This document shows, in pieces, positions 35,880-48,854 of a stretch of 64,000 bases of DNA; position 1 is the first letter of the stretch, and the number at the start of each line of letters is the position of its first letter. The stretch comes from Malacoraja senta (lineage: Eukaryota). The notes under the pieces are model-generated. The model was not told the origin of the DNA. It saw only the letters and a list, made by a program, of their open reading frames with translations, and ran no database searches. The stretch spans positions 1-64,000 of the forward strand of contig JAXLNO010000104.1 of the NCBI GenBank assembly GCA_038087875.1, given 5' to 3'. A program made the position numbers and the translations under genes.

Positions 35880-38418
35880 ATGTAGGTCACTAGAGCATTA
35901 GAGAATACATCCATCGCCATTGATATGCCACATATATTGCAACTGGTGATTGAACCTGGATGCAGACATTTCGATCTTCAGCGTTTCATCGAGCCACAAT
36001 GTCATTAAACACTTAGCGATCCAACATCAATTGTGTATTGACAATTGATGATATACCAGTGCTAGATGAGGTTAGGTAAATTATCACCGGATACTTTGAC
36101 TGATTATACCCATGTGATCAACATATACCTCCACCAAAGTGAATCAACTTGGACTTAAGCATGCACCCCTTAATCCACAGAATGCACCTGTTGTCTGTAA
36201 GTAGTTGATACCATATAACTGAACATTTGGTAACTCATGCAAATCCCATCCGTCTCCGTAATTTAGAGCTGATATTAGTAATTTTCCATCTTTGAGCAAT
36301 AGCATCAGTTTGTAATTAACTGAAGATAATTGATGAAAAGTTAATGGAGCAATGCTGAATACTATTCGTCCATCATGGTGACTTTGATAGTTTCAGCCGG
36401 GAATAGGTAAGGCCTGGTAACAATGGTACTTGAGAATTGATTCCAATCTCTTGCCTCAGGGCGGAGTCCCAGATAATTTCAGTTGGTATCAACGTAAATT
36501 TAACTTAAATTTAAGTGGATGGATGAGAACTCAATTCCAGCTAAATTTTGAAATATCGCTGGTGCCTTGTGAATGGAAACTGATCCCATGATAGTTAACA
36601 GTCACGAAGTTCCCTATTCAGAAATGTCTATACTGCACAAGCGAGTTGTACCTGTTAACAATGAACAGGCCTCATTGCCCCAATTGCGATTCTGCCTAAA
36701 AAGGCAACGCCAACCATGTTTTCGAGAACTCTGGTGCTTGAATGCTGTGCAGTATAAACTAATCTGATCTGTAAAACCCAAGTGTAAATATTACCAACTA
36801 GTATCCGTGCTCGGAAGCTTCTCCTTCCTACTCCAAATGGGAGGACTTATGCAACCTGCCCAGGAGCTGCCTCAACCAGCTTCATCCTTCAATCAGCTTC
36901 ATCCTTCATACATCCGAATGGTAGGACTTATGCAACCTGAGTCAGGAGCTGCCTTAGGTATGTGTATGTACTTTAGCACCATCTGCAACCATCTGTTTTA
37001 TCGAGTGGGAGGAATTGCAACCCTGCATCAGGTGTCGCTTCAGGCATATGTGCACTTCAGTAGCACCCTCTACCACTCCGGCTCATTTGAGTGGGAGGAA
37101 ATTTGCAACCCTGAACCAGGAGCTGCTGCCTGACATGCCTTCCACACTCTTGCGGGGTTGGCGCATCTTCCACGAAGGCCGTTCTGGGCCGCGGTCTAAA
37201 AAGACCTCTGTTCTGATCGTACGGCCTTCGGCTTTCACCAGCTTCGGTGTCTGCTGGTGGGTGCATAGTAGACATGTGGCATCTTCAGCCAACCCCATGT
37301 CTTCAGAGTCAGCCCAGAAGTGACTCCTAATGCTCCCCTCTGTCGAGGGAGATGCATTATGCAGCCCTCAACGAGGTGCTGCCATGGCCGTCCTAGGAGG
37401 CCCATGGTGACAATGCTCCATATCCTGGAGCACGTCACATTGGAGCATCTGCTCCATCAACCGCCCATGCGGGATATGCGATCTCGGTCGCTGCCTGCCT
37501 GCGGTGATTCTTCACGGCCCGACTCGTCCGAGTCTATGGCCTGTCCGTCCTCTGCTTGGTCTTGCCACCAGTCTGTAGTGTTGATTCAGACTGTACAGGT
37601 GCCGGGACGCAGACTGCTGACCGCATAGATTGCGATCCTGATGCAGTCGGCCGCTGCTGACTGCCCGTACTTCCGTGGTCCAGCCAGTCTGGATGCAGCC
37701 CGTTTGGACTTCGTTACCGACTTGTCCATAGTTCCTTCCCTGTAACACAGAAATGGAACAAAAAACGACCCCAGAGTAAAGAACTTACCTGCAGGTCTTG
37801 TTATCTGTAAAAGGCGGATTCGACCGCTGCCCGCTACCCGCAGTCTGCGGTCTCCGTAGCAGGTTCCCTGCGGTCCCTGTAGAAGGGATTCCCCGCAAAG
37901 CTCATGTCGGGTTTTCCCCCAGCCGGGTATCCCCCCCACCCCCCCAGAGCCTGGTATCCCCGCGGTTCCTGGAAAAAATAGTGGCTTACCCTCCAGTGGG
38001 TTGCCACTAGTCTGAAGCCGCTGGCTTCACTGCCGGCGACTCGAAAAAGGCGAACTGTAACGCCGCCCACTACCCGCATCGCGGCCTCCGCAGCGGGTTG
38101 CCCGCGATCCGTAGGCGGGTTTCCCCGAGGTCGTGACCGGGATTCCCCGACCCTGTGGTCAGCGACTGGGGTTCCTCGCGGTCCATAAAGGATCTCCCAC
38201 GGCCCGGCAGACTTCGCCGAAATAAAGCAGGACCTCTGTAAGGCTTACAGAGATTCCTGCAAAACACAACCTGGAAAAGTTTAAAACTTACCTTCAGGTT
38301 GGACCGCTGGTGGAGCAGCGCTCCCCCCAGCCTGTCGTTTGCGCAATACGATAGACGATATGTCGCGCATGCGTGTTGGCGGGGTCTTCACGTACTCACG
38401 TGACTCCGAAGTAAAATA
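35880..38418 (-). mobile_element. Degenerate DIRS-like (tyrosine-recombinase) retrotransposon remnant
   Basis: The minus strand shows RNase H-like traces (GW, GINY, VYVDHMG) at about 36100-36260, a gag-end-like FLDRGPERP at about 37200, and the terminus ttttacttcggagtcacgtgagt. No intact ORF. Confidence 0.55.
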
Positions 38419-40419
38419 GCCTGATGGCTGTAGAAAAGCAGAAAATGTTGGAGCTACTCACTTTCATTTGTGGCGAGAGGAACAAAGTTCACATCTCAGG
38501 TCAACAACTTTTCATGAGAACTGGGAAAAAGTGAGAAATATAAGCTTGTTTTATGGCTTCTTCCAGTTCTGATGAAATGTAATTGAAAACAAAAATAAGT
38601 CTCTTGGTTTGAAACCCTGGTTGGGAACAAATAAATTGCAGAATAATTAAATGCTGTTCAGTTCTATCTCCACAATGGAGGGCACAATTAGCTTTCTAAA
38701 TGTATGCATGGTAGGAATTGAAATAAATCGATGTTAGGATTAATGACATAGTGCTTGGAGATTATGGCGATAGAAGCAGGAAATCTCTGAAGTTTGGTGA
38801 TCTACTTCCAGTGGACTAAAGGAATTTGGTGATAAATTATTTGGATGCAGGAACAAACTGAAACACCTCCAATAATCTATATTCTATTCTATGGGGAGAA
38901 GGCAGGAACGGGATACTGAATGTGGATGATCAACCATGATCACAGTGAATGGTGATGCAGGCTCAAAGAGCCAAATGACCTGCTCCTGCACCATTCAGGC
39001 AATTGTCATATGACATCGTCTAATGTCTATAAAATGGAATTCAGTAAATGAAACAATCCATGGTTGCCAGGAGATGGTCTGTAATGTTCCGTTGCTGTGG
39101 TAGCATTAGGTCAGTTCAAGAACCTGATGGGACAGTAGCTTTTTTTGAACTGGGAGTGTGGGACGTTACACTTCTGTGTCTCCTGTCCGATGGTAACAGT
39201 GAGAAGACAGCACGGCTTATCTCATTTCAGCTTTTAGTTGAGCAAACCTAACCTGAACAACTTGCTATTCTTAACATCTCTATATTCTGAGACCTTTCCT
39301 GTAAAAAATCTTTCAGGGGAAGTGTTGCGAATATCCGCAGAAACTACAACGTAATCTGCGTGCCTTTGTTATCAATTCCCCTCGCAGTAGACAATAGCCT
39401 TCTTTGTGTTTTTCTAACTACTTGCTCTACCTTGTGCAAGTACCTGACTATCAGGAGGCTAAATTCAATCTGGAAATTGTCCGCTTGGGGAAAGATCATC
39501 AAATATTTTTATATTGTGATATTTGGGCTATACAGTTATTGTTTGGAAAATTGATACAGGTATTGTAATTTTCTTTTCCACTTACCTTGGATAGTGCTGA
39601 TAATTTACATAAGATGTTCACTCCTGTATATCTGTATGAGTGTGGGAAGCCAAATGTTTCAGGACATTTTATAGTGGAGACTTGTGTGCACAAAATTACA
39701 TATATTTTCCAAGTGACTTCCATCACATAAGCAAAGAAACTAAGGAATTTCACAAGCTGTTGGTTGGAAGCGATTTTAATTTAGTTTAGAGATACAACAT
39801 GAATCAGGCGCTTCGGACCAGTGATTCTATGGTGACCATCGATCACCCGTTTTAGTTTAATTGTTCATTGTCATATGAAAAGCTTGAATTTGCATGCTAT
39901 CCAGCCAAAGGAAGGCCTGTACATGATTGCAATCAAACCTTCCTCAGTGTACAGGTGAAGGGTAAATAAAGATTTAAGAGTGGAATGATTGTAATGGATG
40001 ACAACAGACCTCTTAGTCTGCACGCAGACGCAGACCAGCACGCAAAGAATCGCCTTGTTCAGGTGCCGTCTTTGGTCTCGACATTCATACTGGTTCAAGA
40101 GTGTTTTATTGTCAAGCATGTTTTATTGTCTTATGTCCCAAAACAGGCTATTTTGGCGAGTCAGAGACGGTAAGTTGGTTTGAATTGTTTTATTTTAACG
40201 AAACAATGAGCCAACGAGAGTGGATAAGACAACCAAATTTACAATGTGGCTTCAACAAGTGTGGGCACTAGAATGACAGTTACTGACAGTTACAGCAAAA
40301 AACCTGCCAATAGAACACCCGCCCGCGCTCAGTGACTACTCCAGTCAATCACGAGGGTTCCATTACCCAGAGCCACCACCAGGTGTCGCTACACTATGTT
40401 ATTCCCCTTTTTCAAACAC

Positions 40420-40618
40420 TCCCTACACATTAGTGGCAATTTTATGGAGGCCATTTACGGCAACCTAAAAAGCTGCATGTGTTTGGGATGTGGGAGGAAA
40501 CTGGAACACCCGGAGGAAACCCACACAGTCACTCAAACTCCACAGCACCCAATGTCCGTATCGAACCTAGATCTCTGGTGCTGTGAGGTAGTAGCTCTAC
40601 AGGCTGCGCCATTGTGCT
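40420..40618 (-). mobile_element. Degenerate tRNA-SINE
   Basis: The reverse strand has ggcgcagcctgtagagct and ggttcgatac boxes. Confidence 0.7.
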
Positions 40619-42289
40619 GCTCATTTTATGAGTGCAAATTCCATTGATTTCTTTGTTTTGAGTTTTAGTTACTTTGAGAATAGAGCAGGATTTGCTTTTG
40701 GGTATAGACACATAACCTGCGAGAATTGCCAATCCAGTGATAAGGAAGTGCTACATTGTCCGAGGTGCCAATTCTGGATGAACGAGAGGCCTAATCTGTC
40801 GTCTTACGTTCAGTGGTACTATTTGATGAATAACGGGAATTTTTGATGCCTAATACTTAAACAGGAGCCAACTTCACAGGAAATTCTTCCACACCTCTGT
40901 TAAAAATAGCAGCTCCTTTGTCTTGTGATCAATACATGTTATACCTTTCAGTTGCCTCGGTTTGATTTCCATTGTTGAATCTAGCATGCACAGGATATTT
41001 CCTATTTTAAACATTTTGTTTTGTAATAGGCTGGCTTTCCATTGGGTAGAGAAATATTACCCTAGAACTATGTGTTCATATTATGTGTTCATTGAAAGCT
41101 ACGTTCATCAAAGTGAAACCATGTACATGTTCAATGACCAAAAGTCAACTGAAATTTGACTCTGCTTCCAAAACAATTGAGGTCCCAAGTTCCACGTACC
41201 CACTCTTGCAGAAATATTTAGTATATTGCATTGCATCATAATTTGTCCATTATTGCAACTCTCCATTATTGAGCATTATTGAGGCATCTTTGAGCCCGTA
41301 ATCCAGCTCTGCTTGTTGGTTGTAAGGAATTTAGATGTATGATAATTTAACACATTGGAACTACCTGAATTTTAGAGCCCAGCTGCCTTCATACATGTTG
41401 CCTACTCCCCCATAACCCCTGAAACCCGCACTAATCAAGAATCTATCAAACTCCGCCATAAAATATCCATTGAGTTGGCCTCCACATCCTTCTGTGGCAA
41501 TGAATTAGACAGATTCACCACCCTCTGATTAAAGAAATTCCTCCTCTCCATTCACTTTAATGACTCTTTATTATCTGCCACTGATCTGCTTTGCATTGGG
41601 TGTCACTTTCTTCAATTGGACCCCTCTGGCATTTGCTAATCTCATCATTCGCATCATTAGTACTGAACTATTATCTACCGCTTTGATGACCCTCGGACTA
41701 TCCTTGATCAGACTTTGCTGGGTTTACCTAGCGCTGTAAATGGATCGATTGTAATCGTGTATTGTCCTTCTGCTGACTGGTCAGCACGCAACAAAAGCTT
41801 TACACTGTACCTCGGTACATGTGACAACAAACTAAACTGAAACTCCAGAACATAGACCATAGAACAGTACAGCACAGGAACAGGCCCTTTGGCCCACAAT
41901 GTCCTTGCCAAGGATAATGACCGGTTAAACTAATCTTCTCTGCTTGTCTGCTCTGTACCAATTCTATTTAATTATTATTTTGGTTAATTTGCAGCCACAT
42001 TAAAATAGAAGCATGTGGAGGTGCTTTTGTGCAAATGAACCGCCCCTTGAATCGGAGGGGGTAGGTATTTTTGTAATTTCCTGTTATTGCATTTGTATTT
42101 GTATTCATGATATATTTTGGAATTTAGATTTTCCTTTTATAAAATAATGTGTGGACTATAATCACTTGCTTATGATTTCAATTTGAAAAATATTTCATGA
42201 AAATGCTTTTCCTGTGCTTAACTTAATTTATCTGCTATATTTTGCCTCTGGTAAATTTTAGCCATTTCAAATTGAACTTCTCATGTTTT

Positions 42290-42880
42290 ATAGATAGATA
42301 GATAGATAGCCCTTTATTGTCATTCAGACCGAAGTCTGAACGAAATTGCAACAGTCATACATAAAACAACAATAAACACATATTAACATCCACCACAGTG
42401 AGTCCACCCAACATCTCCTCACTGTGATGGAGGCAAAAGTCTTAGGTCTGCAGTCTCTTCCCTCCTCTTCTCCCTCTGCGCGATGTTTCTCCCGGGCGAT
42501 GTTTCCCGCGGCTCAAACACCGCGGCTCAATACATGGGCGCCGAACCTCCCCCGAGCCGGGCCGCCCCAACATGGCGTCGCTTCTCCCTCGGGCCGGGCC
42601 GCCCCGACATGGGCGTCGCTTCTTCCCCGAGCCGGGCCGCCCCGACATGGGCGTCGCTTCTCCCCCGGGCCGGGCCGCCCCGACTTGGGCACTCACGGGA
42701 GCACTGTTCCAGCCCTGAGCCGGACCACCCTCATGGGAGCGAGCCTAGGGCGAGTCCTGACGGGCTCTGCCTCCGGAGCCTCGAGGTCGCCACCTCCATT
42801 AGGCCTCAGCGCAGACGGAGGCAGAGAAGGGGAATACGACCAAAAGTCGCATTCACCCGCAGGGAGAGACTGCAAACCCC
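42290..42880 (-). mobile_element. SINE-like retroposon with internal ~38-bp repeats and a (TCTA)n tail
   Basis: Tail aatttcgttcagac...tgacaataaa; ccgggccgccccgacatgggcgtcgcttct repeated 3-4 times. Confidence 0.6.
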
Positions 42881-43392
42881 GTTTATTATTTGTTATTGGC
42901 ATTACTAATTTGTATTAGATGGGTTGTGCATATTGAGGCTGACAAATGTTTATTTGTGTAACGTGATTGGTTCACTACTTGAAAAAATACATTCTCCTCA
43001 AAGTAAACCTGGGACATTTATGACATTCATGACTTTCTTCCTGTCCTGTGCAGTGATGAGCAATGGTGGGCCACTAATGTAAAAGCAACCTTGGAAAAGA
43101 TGGGCATCCTGTTTGTTCCAAGATAAAGTGGATTGGCCTGAGCAGGACCCAAGCTCTTGGTACTAGGAGTCAGCTGCTCATCATAACACCTTACCTTGTG
43201 GGCAGCATTGACCACCAATTCTAAACTTCTCTGCTCCAACGTATCACTACTCACCCACAGGCATCACTGAAGCCTGAATTGACCCTTGGTTTTAACTTAC
43301 GATACGATACAATAAAACGTTATTCATCCCCACAGGGAAATTGGTCTGCCAACAGTCACAACACACAAGGGACACAAAAACCTGAAATTAAA

Positions 43393-44530
43393 AGTCAAGC
43401 CAAGTCAAGTCACTTGTATTTCTATAGAACATTTAAAAAACAACTCTTGCTGACCAAAGTGCTTTACATTGGTGGAGGTACTAACGTTATACAACAGTGG
43501 TTCACAGATTAAGTACATACATAAATACATACATATAGCCCTCCCTCAGAGGACATCAAGAAAGGCTTGAGAGTAAAGATGAGTTTTAAGTCTCGACTTA
43601 AAAGAGTCGATGTAGGGGGCAGTTCTGATGGGAAGAGGGATGCTGTTCCACAGTCTAGGAGCTGCAACCGCAAAGGCGCGGTCGCCCCTGAGCTTATGCC
43701 TAGACCGCGGGATGTTCAGTAACCCCAAGTCGGCCGATCTGAGGGACCTGGAGGTGGTGTGGTGGGTAAGCAGACTATCTGCAACGCAATGGAAGGAAAT
43801 GCCGTGCCTTTGAATGACTTGACCTAAGGGGAGCATATATAGGGAGAAGAGAATGGGGCCAAGGATGGAAACTTATGGAACCCCGCAGCAGAGGCTAGCT
43901 GGGGAGGAGGAAGAGTTGCCTATGTTAGTAGAGAAACACCTACCTTTGAGGTAGGAGATGAACCAGCTCAGGGCAGTGCCATCAATACCAACCCCGTACC
44001 GGAGACGGTCAATTAGGATAGTGTGGTCGACAGTATCAAATGCTGCGCTGAGCGAGAAGGAGCAGGATTGCACAGTCGTCTGAGTCAATGGTGAGAAGTA
44101 GGTCATTATGTACCTTCAACAAGGCAGACTCTGTGCTGTGGTGGGCCTTGAAACATGAGTGGAAAGTTCCCAAGATAGTATTTTGGTGAAAGTAAGGCAT
44201 AAGTTGACTTAAAATTACCTTTTCAAGCGCTTTTGAAAGGAAAGGCAGTTTTGAAATAGTTCTTTAGTTGCTTGGCAAGGTGGGGTCGAGGTTAGGTTTT
44301 TTCAGGAAGGGCTGGACCACGCGTGCTTGAAGCAGGTAGTGCCAGTGGCCAGAGAACTGTTGAAGATGGCGAGGATGCTGGGACCGGCTGTTGTAATGAC
44401 ATCCTTCAGAAGGGCAGAGGGGACAATGTCGAGGGGGCAGGTAGTAGGTTTCATGGTGGTGACCAGTTTTACAAGGGAGGGTAGAGTAACGGGTTAGAAA
44501 CAGTCTAATTTTGAAGACAGATCAATGAGA
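43393..44530 (-). mobile_element. L2 LINE fragment with internal deletions
   Basis: LSAAFDTVDHTILIDRL...ALSWFISYL, CGVP, RSLRSAD...[15 protein letters not shown]...FKSRLKTHL. Confidence 0.9.
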
Positions 44531-45002
44531 CACGGCAGTCCCCCTACACCCATGTCCCCATTGTCTTCTCCTCCCCCCCCCCCAACTCTCATTGAACGCT
44601 GATTGCGGGTCGATCGTGAGGCCCCACTGCCGCCGAGGATCACGCTGTAGCTGAGGCTCCTGTTGCTGCAGAGGCTCCCGTCACCGCCGAAGCTCCCTTT
44701 GCTGCTGAGGCTTCCATCGCCGCCGCTACTGAGGCTCCCTCAGCCCAGGCAGACCTCGCCATCCGGATTCACCTCGGTCCCCTGGGAAGCCTGTGGGGCG
44801 AGCCTAGCCTACCGGTGCACATTCCGGTCGGCGGCGCGGTTGTTCGGTGGGTGGATTGGGCCCGCGCGGCTCCTAGGGTCACTCCCACCTCATGTGCGGC
44901 TCTCCGGGACACTTTCCCTTTTCTCAGTATTACTAGCAAATCAGACTTCCATCCCAGATACATAGAAATGCAGATGCTGGTATATATTAAAAATGCTGCA
45001 GT

Positions 45003-45308
45003 AATGGTGGTGCAGCGGTAGAGTTGCTGCCTTACAGTGCCAGGGAACCGGGTTCGATCCTGACTACAGGTGCTTGTCTGTACAGAGTTTGTACCTTCTC
45101 CCCGTGACATGCGTGGATTTTCTCCGGGATCTCGGGTGTCCTCCCACACTTCAAATATGCACTGGTTTCTAGGTTAATTGGCTAGGTATAATTGTAAATT
45201 ATCCCTAGCGTGTTGGATAGTGTTAATGCACAGGGATTGCTGGTTGGCGCGGACTCGGAGGGCCCAAGCGGTGTATCTGTAAACTAAACTGAACCAAAAT
45301 AAACTAAC
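45003..45308 (+). mobile_element. tRNA-derived SINE (HE1-like)
   Basis: ggtggtgcagcggtagagtt...gggttcgatcc; (aaact)n tail. Confidence 0.88.
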
Positions 45309-45749
45309 TTAGTGGCTTGGGTGAAAAAGGATGGGTGAAGTTTCAGGTTGGGACCCTTCTTTAGACGGATTGTAGGGGGTGGATCTGGAAGCAAGAAAAG
45401 ACCACGACAAGTTTGAAAAAGGGTCCTGACCCGAAACCATCCTTTTTTTCCAGAGACCTGCTGAGTTAATCCAGCACATTGTGTCTGTCTATCCTATTTT
45501 TTCCCCCTCAATATGAGAATTCATCGTGGGAAAGCCTTTGAGCATGTTAAAATACACGAGGCCAATTACGTTGGGTCTCCAGAGTGACTGAATTTTGCAG
45601 CAATGGCCTTGCAATTAAAAAAATGCATTGGCTTCCATGCATTCCACATTAATGCTCTTCTCAAGTCACTGAATATTTCAATACTGTTTTCTCTAAAGTC
45701 CGATTCACTATGATGATGCAGTTATTAATAGTGACCAATTATTCTGCAG

Positions 45750-45896
45750 GCACTGAGCTGCCAGAAGTCTGCAGGTAAGTATTCAGTGGCTGATTTAACT
45801 GAGCAGCTAACTCAGAATGAACAACTAGTATTGCAGCTCAAAGACCAAATTCAGGACAAAGAGACCCAGCTTCACATGAGCGATCAACAGCTTAAG
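45750..45896 (+). CDS. Exon of a giantin/GOLGB1-like coiled-coil protein (N-terminal region)
   Basis: ctgcag / gtaaca boundaries; EQLTQNEQLVLQLKDQIQDKETQLHMSDQQLK resembles giantin ERLAYAEQLVVELKDIIRQKDVQL. A competing donor at 45775 makes the 5' edge uncertain. Confidence 0.65.
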
Positions 45897-46669
45897 GTAA
45901 CATCAATTCCAGTTGAATATTTGTTACCCTCACTGAGTGAGCTATTACACTGATCTGTGTACTTTATGTTTGCATTTCTGCAGTTGGAATTCACTTTAAA
46001 GATGGAAAATTCAGTCCAAAATATTGCAAGTTTTCTTTTTAACAATAATAGTTAACAATGCTTCTTATTTTCCAAAGCAAAGACAATTGTTAAACCGTTT
46101 AACGTCGTGTGTCAGATCTTTTCAAGGAAATTGAAAGGATGCCTTCATACTTGGTTTAGAAGGTTGTACTTCAAAATAGACTACAAAATGTTATTTAATA
46201 GTCCTACTCAAATGATTTAAGCAAAAAGTCACGCCTGATGCTTCCAGTACAATACTGAGAGAATGCTGCACTTGAAGTGCCAACTTTCGAATGAAAAGTT
46301 ATGTTAAATCATGATTGGTGTCTCAGGTGGATGTGAACTATTTTATTTTGGCATATTTTAGAGCAAGAAATGTGTTTTCCTGGGTGACCTTTCCAGTCTT
46401 TACCCCAAAAGTAACACCCTTCAAGTAGATAATCCACCACATTAGTACATTATCACATATTTGCTATTTTCAAATTAGTTACACGGTTTAAGACATTCCA
46501 ATGTTAATTGAACAACAAAGGTACCTTATAAGCAACATTGGCTGCAAACACATTTTAGGCACCCTGAGGAAGTCATTGTTTTCTGTTTAAATCCTATAAT
46601 GAATCCTTGGACCTTGACCATGAGAGAGTTTGTTTTGCCACTGAATCATTTTGGGGCTTGATTCCAAAT

Positions 46670-47228
46670 ACAGGCGGTGAGGTTTGCTAAATTTGCAGTC
46701 CCCGATTGCTGGAGCCTTGATCGCTCCGTTTTGGGGGCTTTGATCGCCGACTGCGGGAGCATCGATCGCCCCGACTGCGGGTGTTTCGATTGCCCCGACC
46801 GCGGGACAAAAGGAGGAAGATGGTTAAAGTTATTCGCCTTCCATCAGTGGGGAATATGTGGGCGCCGAAAAACACAATGGACGAGCTGCCTACCCTTGTG
46901 GGAACTCGGAGGGATTGCCGTGAGAGCAGTGATCCATGAGTCTGGTGCGAGTGTGGACGGCTTTCTGACTTTGGGCTGACAGGGACTGCAGAGAGAGAGT
47001 AAAGCGGTCAGTGAAGGAGCGTGTGTGTGGCCCGGACATTGAACGGATGGCTGTGGGTCTCCGCTTATGCTGGGTTCCCTAGGGATTCTCACACGCCGCT
47101 GTGGTGGCTGTTTATGTTTAATCTTTAAGTAGTTTTGTGCCTTGTTGCTTTTTTGGTATGACTCTGTGGTAAATCAAATTTCACTGTACCTCAGTACACG
47201 TGACAATAAAGGACCATTAAACCATTGA
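46670..47228 (+). mobile_element. SINE-like retroposon 3' part (duplication-boundary repeat)
   Basis: Shared with 49120-50550 and 59698-60212; tail aaatttcactgtacc...gtgacaataaa. Confidence 0.75.
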
Positions 47229-47421
47229 ATGCTAATTAATGATTTTATCCCCTCATTTCATTAATGATCATTTAAATCTTAATGTCTTTATACCAAGGTG
47301 GAATTGAAGACCTAACTATTGGTGCAGTTGAATTACAAATGTTGCGTATGTGTGATTTCCATTCTATGTTGCCCAGATTTATCACTGTTAGGAAGTATTA
47401 ATCACTTGTTAACTTCCTCAG

Positions 47422-47535
47422 TTGATGGAAAACCTGAAGGAAAACCTCCGTGAAAGCGAAGAGGCATTATTAGAAAGGACACAACTTGTAGATGTGTTGG
47501 AGAAAAAGCTTGATGGGAAGAATCAGGAGCTAGCG
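47422..47535 (+). CDS. GOLGB1-like 114-bp exon, copy 1
   Basis: cttcctcag / gtaagg boundaries; LMENLKENLRESEEALLERTQLVDVLEKKLDGKNQELA, similar to giantin EESLVGRAQVVDLLQQEL. Confidence 0.75.
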
Positions 47536-48854
47536 GTAAGGAAATCATTGTTTGCTGCTGTGTGAATCTCTATTACAGGGAAAGATCTCTGCAACCAGCT
47601 AAGGGATTCTGTTGTAACTGGCAGTGAAATAAAAATAGCAGGGAGCCTCTTGGAATTAATCAGTAAATATGAAAAAATGTGAAGATTTTCTTTTGTATAA
47701 ATCTTCCCATTCTTTTTTTCTAAATCAACCCTTTTATGATGTGTTATAGTGCAGAGTCACAGTTTATGTGGAGCCTTGCAGTATTGTCATTCTGGTTATG
47801 ACAGGTTGTTGGCATTGCTGATCTGTACCACCAATTTTGTTCAGCCGTGACCAAGATCAGGAGAGATCTCCTATTTAAGATGCCAACAACACATGAACTC
47901 TTGATTGTAATGCAACAGTGTTACTACTGATTATATCTATCTTCTATCTATTCTATTCCATATATATTACAAAAACACTCATCTGGACCACTTCGTGTCT
48001 GCGTTGTAATTACATTTGAGCAAAAACCATCCTGCTTAGTGCTACGATTGTGTTGGGGAATGGGACCAGGCCTCCTGTGTGACTGGGACCCAACAGTCTA
48101 GTTGTTCTTCATTTTCCCATCCACTAGTGGGAGTCTAGGACTAGAGTTGATAGGCTCAGATTTAAAGGACGTTCCTTTGGGAAGGAGATTAGGAGGAATT
48201 TATTTCGTCAGAAGTAAGCGGTTGCACATTTAATACATTAGCATTTTTGTTTCTCTGACAACAGCATGCGTGTTTGGTACTATGTTTGTTGAAGTGTAGA
48301 CAATGCAGACTCGTAGAATATTTTCAAGACAGAGGGGATCGATTCATGATAAACTGGGTGAATGTATACATTAGGTCAGTGATGATCTTAATGAAATGCA
48401 GAACAGACCTGATGGACTGAATAGGTATTCCTGCAGAATGTAAAAACAAACAACTGCAGATGCTGTTTTATACCAAAGATAGAAGTGCTGGAGTAACTCA
48501 GTTGAATAAGGATCCTGACCTGAAACATCATCCTTCCTTTTTTTCTACAGATGTTGCCTGACCAGTTGAGTTATTCCTGGACTCTGTGTCTAACTTAGGT
48601 ACTGCTCCCTTGAGGAGGCACATATCTGTGAGCTATAGTAGTCCTGTGAATATCCCTCATCCACACCATCTTGTACATGGATTTTAATGCTTGCACTTCA
48701 AGTGTTTTTGATCAGTGAACCATTAAAAATATCTTTACGCTAGATATTACTGTTGATGAAACAAGCAGACAAGTTCTTTGTCCTTTTTGACATTTCACTG
48801 TATGCAATTTTGTAACGATAGTCAGCAGTTTCAAATAAATGTGTGACTAAAGAC

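Noticed and set aside
45003..45070. tRNA gene
   Set aside because: The A/B boxes belong to a SINE head followed by the SINE body and tail; the same applies to the other copies.
45984..46171. Additional coiled-coil gene exon after the acceptor at 45983
   Set aside because: No convincing donor and no similarity to the expected sequence.
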